NCBI GenBank assembly: GCA_963681965.1 | Contig: OY820579.1 | Coordinates: 1,760,001-1,824,000 of the forward strand | DNA from: a bacterium | Lineage (GTDB): Bacteria > Electryoneota > JAOADG01 | DNA length: 64,000 nt | Direction: 5' to 3' | Shown: positions 20,582 through 30,112 of the stretch, piece by piece | How positions within the stretch are numbered: position 1 is the stretch's first letter | Layout: every line of letters begins with the position of its first letter | Translations under genes and position numbers: made by a program | The notes under the pieces: generated by a model | The model's input: the letters and a program-made list of their open reading frames with translations, nothing else | What the model was told of the DNA's origin: nothing | Databases searched by the model: none

Positions 20582-22114
20582 GTGAAACAACCATCATCCA
20601 TCTTCTACGCTGTTCTAATATTCCTGAGTTCGATTGCTGGACTTTCACGAGCACAAATTGTGAAAAACCCGTATCCTGAGAAACCGACAGGGGCGCCTGT
20701 CGAAGTGGTCTATCCGCGTGAAAAAAATGTCGACGGAAAAGTCTGGTTGCGCAAGGGTATTGATTCGACTTTTTTACTGGGAAATGTTGCCGACCCGATT
20801 CATGCTAAATTGACTATTAACGGTCATCCAGTTACAGTTGATAGCAGCGGTGGGTGGCTTGTCTGGTTGAAATGCCCGTCACGGTACGATGATTTTGTTT
20901 GGCAGATTCAGGTCGAAACCCCCAAAGATACTTTTCGTTTAGTGCTACCCGTTGAGCGCTCCTTACCTCCGGCAGTGTTGCCGTTACATTTTTTTCCGAA
21001 ACCGTTTTGGGTTAAAACAAATGCCGATGCCCGCTTTCGAAATTCACCCCAAGGGAAGAACATCCTACTTCCAATGGCCGGAACACCGATTAAAATTCTC
21101 GCTCAGCAAGGGACAAACTATTCGGCAAAACTTCCCGATGGGAAAGTCATTTGGGTCGATTCCGCACGAGTCACTCCAATTCCACGGCCTGTAAATCCAG
21201 TAGCAATCCGAAAAATTGTGTCCACATATTTCCCTTCCTCACGCGAAACGCGGATAACGCTCCAACTAGGTTACCCAACACCTTATCGAATTCATTGGGC
21301 TGGCGATAGTTCCCGGATGGAAATCGAATTCCTCCGCTGTAATCTAGCTACAACTCCTCAAGTTGTACTGGACTCTGTTGGTTCCGTTTCGTCAATTGCG
21401 GTGAAAACGGCAAAATCAAAGTCTTCTTTGTGGATTGATTTTCGACCGAATACGTTTCTAATCGGTTATCATCTCTTTGCAGATAGTGCCGATTTACACA
21501 TAGTACTCCGGGAAGCACCACCCAAACCAGTCGAACACAGTAAGCCATTGATTGGTTGGAAAATCGTAGTTGACCCCGGTCATGGTGGATCGGAATTCGG
21601 AGCGATTGGACCGACATGGCTCTACGAGAAATCGGTCAATCTTGAGGTCGCAACCCGATTAACGGCGTTTTTGCGCGAAGCGGGAGCAATGGTTACACAG
21701 ACACGTGTGACCGATACCACGCTTGCACTGACCGAGCGGGTCGCTGCTGCCGAGGGGAGTAACGCCGATTTGCTGATCTCGGTGCATCAAAATGCCTTAC
21801 CTGACGATGAAAATCCGTGGGATAGCACGGGATCGTCGGTCTATTATTTTCACCCACAAGCTTTTGGTCTTGCACAAGTGCTTTATCGGAACTTGATTGA
21901 TAGTCTTGCATTACCCGAAAGAGGGGTGTATGTTGGAGACTTTGCAATCTGCCGTTCCCATCGACAACTTTCAGTATTGACCGAAGCAACCTATATTATC
22001 CGACCCGATCAGGAACGGAAACTGCATGATCCGATTTTTTTAACGAAACAGGCAACCGCTATCGGTCATGCAATCGTACAATATGTTACCGAACATTCGA
22101 ATCGGTTGAAGTGA
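20582..22114 (+). CDS. Exported N-acetylmuramoyl-L-alanine amidase (Amidase_3)
   Basis: Signal peptide; C-terminal VDPGHGG, EKSVNL, ISVHQNA, SVLTE. Confidence 0.92.
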   Translation: MKQPSSIFYAVLIFLSSIAGLSRAQIVKNPYPEKPTGAPVEVVYPREKNVDGKVWLRKGIDSTFLLGNVADPIHAKLTINGHPVTVDSSGGWLVWLKCPSRYDDFVWQIQVETPKDTFRLVLPVERSLPPAVLPLHFFPKPFWVKTNADARFRNSPQGKNILLPMAGTPIKILAQQGTNYSAKLPDGKVIWVDSARVTPIPRPVNPVAIRKIVSTYFPSSRETRITLQLGYPTPYRIHWAGDSSRMEIEFLRCNLATTPQVVLDSVGSVSSIAVKTAKSKSSLWIDFRPNTFLIGYHLFADSADLHIVLREAPPKPVEHSKPLIGWKIVVDPGHGGSEFGAIGPTWLYEKSVNLEVATRLTAFLREAGAMVTQTRVTDTTLALTERVAAAEGSNADLLISVHQNALPDDENPWDSTGSSVYYFHPQAFGLAQVLYRNLIDSLALPERGVYVGDFAICRSHRQLSVLTEATYIIRPDQERKLHDPIFLTKQATAIGHAIVQYVTEHSNRLK

Positions 22115-22128
22115 ATCTTTGGAGAATT

Positions 22129-22605
22129 ATGACCAGCAAATCTATTCCGATGAGTGCCAGTGGCATAAAAAAAATCGAGCGTGATCTATACGATTTGGTC
22201 GAAGTGCGACGCCCGGATATGTTACGCAGTTTACAAGAAGCGCGAGAAAAAGGCGACTTGTCGGAAAATGCAGAGTATGCGGCTGCCCGTGAAGGACTAA
22301 CTCAAATCGATATGCAGATCGGCAAGCTGCAACGATTACTATCCGCGGTAGTTCCGGTTGACGAAAACGATATCCCCACCGATCGGGTCGGATTGATGAC
22401 CGTTGTGACACTCCGGAACTTAAAAACGGACAAGGAAGTTCAATATCGTGTAGTTTCAGGTGAAGAAGCCGATCCGCGAGCGGGAAAAATTTCCTCTTCT
22501 TCGCCAGTCGGGAAAGCGTTATTGGATAAAGTTATCGGTGACGTTGTAGAAGTAGAAGTACCGGCAGGAATCGTTAAATACCGTATCGATGAGATTGGAA
22601 AATGA
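22129..22605 (+). CDS. greA: Transcription elongation factor GreA
   Basis: AREKGDLSENAEY, ISSSSPVGKALL, VEVPAG; ATG 22129 after GGAG. Confidence 0.97.
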   Translation: MTSKSIPMSASGIKKIERDLYDLVEVRRPDMLRSLQEAREKGDLSENAEYAAAREGLTQIDMQIGKLQRLLSAVVPVDENDIPTDRVGLMTVVTLRNLKTDKEVQYRVVSGEEADPRAGKISSSSPVGKALLDKVIGDVVEVEVPAGIVKYRIDEIGK

Positions 22606-22817
22606 GTCATAACTATATAATTCCCCAGAAATGTTATCGAAGTCGGCATGATCGGGTACTATTCGGAGTATGCGGTGGAATCGCCGAGTATTATGGTCTG
22701 GATCCTGTTCTAGTTCGTCTCGTGTTTTCGATTTTCTTCTTCATTTTCTGGATTGGATTGATTGTCTATTTGATTGGTTTGTTCGTGTATCCTGTCGAAC
22801 CAAAACCGGAGAAGTAA
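22602..22817 (+). CDS. PspC domain-containing membrane protein
   Basis: YRSRHDRVLFGVCGGIAEYYGLDPVLVRL followed by a TM segment. Confidence 0.93.
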   Translation: MSHNYIIPQKCYRSRHDRVLFGVCGGIAEYYGLDPVLVRLVFSIFFFIFWIGLIVYLIGLFVYPVEPKPEK

Positions 22818-22819
22818 CG

Positions 22820-23333
22820 CTGAAAAGGGCGAAAAAAACTTTCTGGATTACGCTATTCACGGTAGCAATCACAATGATGTTGTCGGGAATGGATCGAACC
22901 GGATGGCGAATGCTATCCGGTGTTTTAATGATTTCCGGAATCATATTAATATTCACGGCATCAGATCACTTCGAGCGGATTGCCATTTTCCCCGGCGTGC
23001 TATTTGCCGGTACTGCATTATTACAGCATTTCTTCGGATTCAATAACTTCCATTGGTTCGGTGATATTCTTGCTGGATACTTCTTACTTGCCGGAATCGC
23101 TACGCTTGCATATTTCATTTTAGAACCTGTATCCAAGCGCTATCTTATTTTCGGAATGTTGCTTTCTGCCGTTGCAGGTTCGGTCTGGTTGATCAAACGA
23201 TATGCCTGGCCGTGGTGGATTATCGCGCAATCGACTTGGATGCTACCGCTAGCAATTGTGATTGTCGGTTTGACATGGGCGTTTTATCCGCGAATATTGA
23301 AACGGAACTGGCAACAATTCAAAAGAGAGTCTT

Positions 23334-23362
<29 letters not shown>
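22820..23362 (+). CDS. Hypothetical multi-pass membrane protein
   Basis: About 6 hydrophobic segments filling the pspC-gpmI gap; start uncertain (CTG 22820 after GGAGA, or ATG 22874). Confidence 0.7.
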
Positions 23363-24856
<1,494 letters not shown>

Positions 24857-24860
<4 letters not shown>

Positions 24861-25531
24861 ACCGGAAATCTTTAAAACAACCGATTTGGGCGCCTGATGA
24901 GATCTATCAGGCGCTTCTGGCATATTTCGGTCCGCAGCGCTGGTGGCCGGGAGAAACCAAAATCGAAATTGTGGTCGGAGCAATACTAACACAAAATACC
25001 GATTGGCGAAATGTCGAGCGATCGATATCGCGGTTAAAAGCTGCTAATACTCTTACTCTTGAGGCATTGCAGTTAATCGATCCGATACTGCTTCAAGAAT
25101 TAATTAAGCCTTCAGGATTTATGACTGCCAAGAGCCGGACAATCCAATCTACCGTGAATTGGCTGCTGACATCACAAGTATTTAGTAACGGAATGGATGC
25201 TTCTACCCACGAATTACGATCGCAATTGATGGCAATCAAAGGGATTGGCGAAGAAACCGCCGATTCGATTTTGTTATATGCACTCGAGCGACCAGTTGCG
25301 ATGGCTGATGGCTACACCCGACGAATTGGTAACCGTATCGGTTTTCTCGAAGAAAATGCGAATTACCGAACCTGTGCTGATTGGGTAGAAACGTTAGCCC
25401 CATTAACGGCGTATGATCAGGGAGAAATTCATGCATTCATCGTTCGGTTGGCTAAAGCCGTCTGTTTTAAGCGTGCTCCCAACTGTGCCGATTGTCCACT
25501 TACCGGTAAATGTTCTCGCATCGGCTGCTAA
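24857..25531 (+). CDS. Endonuclease III-like HhH-GPD DNA glycosylase with 4Fe-4S motif
   Basis: WWP, GAILTQNT.W, IKGIGEETADSILLY, C-terminal Cx6Cx2Cx5C. Confidence 0.92.
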
Positions 25532-25573
25532 AAAATCGTACCTTCCTAACCGTAAGAATAGATTGGTTTCCCT

Positions 25574-27391
25574 ATGATCAAGTACTTTCCGAAATTCCTC
25601 GCGGTTGGATTGATTATCGTTTCCATAGCGATTTCCGTCCAAGCCAGCGGGTTCTCCGACGATACTCTCGTTTTGAAGGCGTTATCTGCGCTTAATCTCT
25701 CGCCATCGAACTTTGCGATTTCGCCTGATATCGAAACTCCCGATCCTTTCCGTAGTCCAATCATCACATATTTGTTATTGCACTCGGATCAACTAGAGTC
25801 TGTTTCGATGAAATTGACTGACAGTGTGTCAAAACAGTTGAAGATGTCTCCATCGATTACAAGTACGCTACCTGTGACTTGGGATAAAATCGTTACAGAT
25901 GCGAAACTAATTCGTGAGCGGAACTGGACCGGGTTTACTCCCGAAGAGCGAATAAAAGCTTTGTCCGACGTTCCCGATCTCTACCGGGAAGACGATAATG
26001 TTGCCGATCTCGATGTCTTTACGCTCAAAGAACGTCAAGAGATCGGTGCCGATTCGATGAAAGCGACGAATGCCTTAATCAAAAAGATTCACGGTTATAC
26101 CGACTGGAATCGATCATTGAATGCGTTGCGCGCATTTACTGCTTCGATTTCGGATACTAGTAATTGGGAAATGATATTTGGATCGCTTCGTCATACTCCA
26201 TTGGCTGGTGTGACCGGTGCAATTGTCGGATGGCAGGAAACATCGGGTGGCATCGTCATCATTGGCAGTAAAGCGCGAAATATCTACGACGGAGAATTTG
26301 CCGCAATCATCGACCTCGGTGGTAATGACGAGTATCGCGGTCGATTTGCTGGAAATAGTGAAAAAGTTCCAGTTGGATTGGTAATCGATTTTGAAGGCGA
26401 CGACTATTATCTCGCCGATTCCAATTTTTCTTGTGCCGGTGCGCGCGATGGTATTGCAATGCTGCTGGATTTCAGTGGAAACGATCATTACATCGGTAAT
26501 CAATGGTCGCAAGGTGCAGCAATGATGGGTGCATCGCTATTGGAAGACCGCTCTGGTTTCGATTCCTACGAAGCCGATGCCAACTCGCAAGGTTGTGCTG
26601 CATTTGGTTCGGCGTCCTTACACGATTTTACCGGTAATGATAACTATCGCATACACATGTACGGACAGGGTGTCGGTTTGATTGCGGGTTGGGGGACGCT
26701 GCTCGATGAACAGGGAGACGATCAATATCTGGCAACACCGCGATATGTCGATGTCTTGCGGTATCAAGATCATTCTCTGACACTTTCTCAAGGATTCGGT
26801 TACGGTCTACGTCCTAATTTCAGTGGTGGTTTCGGATTCCTGATCGATGAAACTGGTAGCGATTTTTACATGAGCGATATCTACGGTCAAGGTTGCAGTT
26901 ATTGGTATGCGCTGGGAGTATTGCTGGATAAAACCGGAAACGATCGGTATCTCGCATACCAATATGCACAGGGATCTGGGATACATATTTCTCTCGGTTT
27001 GCTGCGCGATGAAGCTGGTGACGATCATTACGACAGCAAAGGTGTTTCGCAAGGGTGTGGTCACGATCTTGGAACCGGCTATCTTCACGATTTGGCGGGC
27101 GAGGATAGCTATATCTGCAGCGATCTATCGCAAGGGGCGGGAAGTGCAAACGGTTTTGGTGTTCTGATCGACGATGCCGGTAACGATGTATATTCCAATC
27201 GCAATAGTGTATCAACCATGGGGTATGGTAATCCGCGACGAGATTACGGTTCAATCGGTCTTTTTTTGGATAAAGCTGGCGACGACCGTTATGCCGATAC
27301 CGATGCTGCCGATGGTCGAATGTGGCTGAGGGGAATTCGCGGAGTCGGTTGGGATATTGCCAAACCAGCGTTGAAAGGAGAGAAACCATGA
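25574..27391 (+). CDS. Secreted protein with about 12 DxxGxDxY repeats
   Basis: Signal peptide; GNDEY, GDDYY, GNDHY, GFDSY, GNDNY, GDDQY, GSDFY, GNDRY, GDDHY, GEDSY, GNDVY, GDDRY. Confidence 0.85.
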   Translation: MIKYFPKFLAVGLIIVSIAISVQASGFSDDTLVLKALSALNLSPSNFAISPDIETPDPFRSPIITYLLLHSDQLESVSMKLTDSVSKQLKMSPSITSTLPVTWDKIVTDAKLIRERNWTGFTPEERIKALSDVPDLYREDDNVADLDVFTLKERQEIGADSMKATNALIKKIHGYTDWNRSLNALRAFTASISDTSNWEMIFGSLRHTPLAGVTGAIVGWQETSGGIVIIGSKARNIYDGEFAAIIDLGGNDEYRGRFAGNSEKVPVGLVIDFEGDDYYLADSNFSCAGARDGIAMLLDFSGNDHYIGNQWSQGAAMMGASLLEDRSGFDSYEADANSQGCAAFGSASLHDFTGNDNYRIHMYGQGVGLIAGWGTLLDEQGDDQYLATPRYVDVLRYQDHSLTLSQGFGYGLRPNFSGGFGFLIDETGSDFYMSDIYGQGCSYWYALGVLLDKTGNDRYLAYQYAQGSGIHISLGLLRDEAGDDHYDSKGVSQGCGHDLGTGYLHDLAGEDSYICSDLSQGAGSANGFGVLIDDAGNDVYSNRNSVSTMGYGNPRRDYGSIGLFLDKAGDDRYADTDAADGRMWLRGIRGVGWDIAKPALKGEKP

Positions 27392-28545
27392 TCCGAGTTG
27401 CTCTGATGGGATTATTTCTCCTTGTAAATTCAGTAGTCTTTGCGCAGACAAACCCAGTTACTCAGCGAGAGACCGGAAAATCTAATGTCGATGAATTGCC
27501 GCCTCATCTCTGTAAAGGTCCTCTGAAACCGGGTTGGGAAGACCGTATCGTCTATTCCGCGGAATCCGACAAGCGCCTTTTCTGGGTTGCCAGCAGCGGC
27601 GAACCGAAATGGGCGGAAATTCGCCGGAAAGCCGATAGTACTCTCGTCGCACGTGGAATTATCGCAGTTCCATTCCTACTCACAAAACTCGCTACCGACG
27701 ATGCGCGTGAGAGTCAAACAGTTAACCTGATCTTGAAAAAAATCGGAAAACCTGCTATTCCATCGTTGATTGCAATTAATGACACGACGAAAGATCGCGA
27801 TATTAAGTCGATGGTATTGAAAACGCTTGGTGATATTGGTGATACTAGTGCCACTTCGGTGTTGATTACTGCAAGTACCGATACGTCGATTCGAATTCGC
27901 GGTGCGGCTGCAAGCGCATTGATGACAATGCCTGCCGGTGTTCCGGTCATCATGAAGCGACTTCGCGATTTTTCCCACGACTCGTGGGCAGGTATTCGTC
28001 GTACTTCGATTCGGGGATTGATCCTGATGGCGGATATTCCGTCGATTCCAGCGATCCTTTCATGTTTGGCAGATTCGTCTTATCCCGTTCGTGAAACCAC
28101 GATACAGGCACTGAGTTCACGACCGACTCATCACGACTCCCTTCAACCGGGACGATTAGACCAGATTACCGCTTTTCGGAACGCGTTAATGGATACTTTG
28201 GAACGACGCTTGAAACCATCTTGGCGATTGGATCGATATCTCTCATTCCGCACCGGTTTTGGTCTGTTTCCCGACTATCGCGAGGTTCGTGCCGACGAAT
28301 TCCCGATCAAGAATACATCGATGCTGGCAACTTATATACAAGTGTATCGGATTCTGCAAGGAACGGATGGCGACATTTGGCATGCTGCGGTAGTGAATCC
28401 ATCACCCGTAGTCAGAGCCGAAGCGTTGCGAGCCGGAACCAAACGGAAACTGGACGGTACTATTAGTGTCGAATCGTTTGCAAAACCATTACTGTGGGAT
28501 CAGGATCCGCAAGTATACTTCGTCTTGCGTGAAGTGTCGAAGTAA
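27388..28545 (+). CDS. Exported HEAT-repeat protein
   Basis: Signal peptide MIRVALMGLFLLVNSVVFA; repeats such as LGDIGD..A..VL and D....IRGAAASAL; ATGA overlap with the upstream gene. Confidence 0.8.
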   Translation: MIRVALMGLFLLVNSVVFAQTNPVTQRETGKSNVDELPPHLCKGPLKPGWEDRIVYSAESDKRLFWVASSGEPKWAEIRRKADSTLVARGIIAVPFLLTKLATDDARESQTVNLILKKIGKPAIPSLIAINDTTKDRDIKSMVLKTLGDIGDTSATSVLITASTDTSIRIRGAAASALMTMPAGVPVIMKRLRDFSHDSWAGIRRTSIRGLILMADIPSIPAILSCLADSSYPVRETTIQALSSRPTHHDSLQPGRLDQITAFRNALMDTLERRLKPSWRLDRYLSFRTGFGLFPDYREVRADEFPIKNTSMLATYIQVYRILQGTDGDIWHAAVVNPSPVVRAEALRAGTKRKLDGTISVESFAKPLLWDQDPQVYFVLREVSK

Positions 28546-28591
28546 CCAGAAATAATAATTATCTTTTTCGCAGTAGGACACATTTCTTAAC

Positions 28592-30040
28592 GTGTATCAA
28601 AAAGTAAAAGCACTGGCTGGTCAATCGATCGTGTACGGGATTGGGCAAATCGCCACCCGTGCTGCCAGCTTTTTACTACTCCCTGCGTACAGTTACTGGC
28701 TAACTGTTTCTGAATACGGCGCAGTGACGCTCTATTATAGTTTTATCGGTGTTGCGCAGGTAATTTATATCTACGGTCTCGACATCGCTTTAATGCGCTA
28801 TTATGTGCCATTGAAAGAAGAGGAAGCACGAAAAAATCTCTTCGGTACCGTATTAACGCTCTCCATTTTTACTTCGACCATCCTAAGTGTCTTATTGTGG
28901 TTTTTCCGGGCACCTCTCGCGAATGTTGTTCTCGAAAAAGGGGGAGACCCGCTTATACTGATTTACTGTCTAGCTGTCCTCTGGCTAGATACTTTTATGG
29001 CACTCCCATTTGTCATCCTTCGCGCCAAACAGCGAGCATGGCAGTATACGTCACTCCGATTGTTTGGTGTGATTATTAATCTCGGAGCGAATTGGATTTT
29101 AGTAGGAGTATGGAAAACCGGGTTACAAGGAGTTTTGCTTGCCAATGTTGTTAGCTCCGCGGTGATTCTTCTTCCATTACTCTTGTTGATTCGAAAAGAT
29201 ATCGTTTGGCGGTTCAACGGTAATTTACTGGGACCAATCCTGAAATTCGGTTTGCCGAATATTCCTAACCTCTTTTTTGTCATGGTATTGGAGTTAAGTT
29301 CACGAAAACTCCTAGAAGTATATTCCTCGACAGAACAAACTGGTTTATACGGTGTAGGGGCGAAGTTGGGAATGGTTTTCTCGATTTTGGCAATGGCGTT
29401 CCGAAATGCTTGGGCACCATTTTTCCTTGAAGAAGGCGAAAAAAAGGATAGTCCGGAACTTTTTGCCCGTGTTTTGACCTATTTTCTGTTAAGTTTTGGA
29501 ATATTGTTTTTAGGATTAACTTATTTTCTCCCGCCTCTGGTGACGATGAAGCTTCCGTTACTAGGAGCGCCGATGATCGATAGGAAATTCTGGGGTGGAA
29601 TTGATATATTCCCTGTTATCCTATTAGGTCAAGTTTTTAACGGGATCGCTGCCAACTTGTCTGCGGGTTTCTATTTACGGAACCGCATCCATGTTCAAGC
29701 GTATATATCGGGTATTGCCGCTACTTTGAGCGTATTATTCTGTATCTGGTTGATACCTGTTTATGGATTGTGGGCTGCGGCATGGAGCATTGTCGTGGGG
29801 TACGGATGTATCGCCCTCGGCGAGTGGATCTATGCGCGAAAGAATTACCCAGTTCCATACGAAAATCGGCGATTGCTCCAATTATCGGTTGCAGTTGCCG
29901 TTTGGTGGTATCTCGGAGCGGTCGTAGTTCAATCGATGTGGTTGCGAATCCCGCTATTTATCTTGTTTCCTGTCTTGCTGTGGTTCACGGGCTTCTTTTA
30001 TACCAGTGAAAAACGTCGAGTGTTACAACGATTTCGATAA
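28592..30040 (+). CDS. Wzx-type oligosaccharide flippase (MOP superfamily)
   Basis: LAGQSIVYGIG, FLLLPAY, EYG, 12-14 hydrophobic segments, GLYGVGAKLG, AFRNAWAPF. Confidence 0.92.
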   Translation: MYQKVKALAGQSIVYGIGQIATRAASFLLLPAYSYWLTVSEYGAVTLYYSFIGVAQVIYIYGLDIALMRYYVPLKEEEARKNLFGTVLTLSIFTSTILSVLLWFFRAPLANVVLEKGGDPLILIYCLAVLWLDTFMALPFVILRAKQRAWQYTSLRLFGVIINLGANWILVGVWKTGLQGVLLANVVSSAVILLPLLLLIRKDIVWRFNGNLLGPILKFGLPNIPNLFFVMVLELSSRKLLEVYSSTEQTGLYGVGAKLGMVFSILAMAFRNAWAPFFLEEGEKKDSPELFARVLTYFLLSFGILFLGLTYFLPPLVTMKLPLLGAPMIDRKFWGGIDIFPVILLGQVFNGIAANLSAGFYLRNRIHVQAYISGIAATLSVLFCIWLIPVYGLWAAAWSIVVGYGCIALGEWIYARKNYPVPYENRRLLQLSVAVAVWWYLGAVVVQSMWLRIPLFILFPVLLWFTGFFYTSEKRRVLQRFR

Positions 30041-30044
30041 ATGA

Positions 30045-30072
30045 TTGCTTGAGTAAGCACATCTGTTATCAT
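30045..30072 (+). promoter_or_regulatory. Candidate sigma-70 promoter for the DUF2723 gene
   Basis: TTGCTT-16 nt-TATCAT with an extended -10 TG. Confidence 0.45.
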
Positions 30073-30112
30073 GTGTTCCCAATATGATTGTTGATATTCA
30101 GGAGGACTACTG

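Noticed and set aside
22670-22819. N-terminal 50 aa of the 230-aa ORF
   Set aside because: It overlaps the convincing pspC gene in another frame
26300-27320. CRISPR-like or DNA-level repeat array
   Set aside because: The repeats are degenerate at DNA level, in frame and protein-coding; there is no identical repeat-spacer structure
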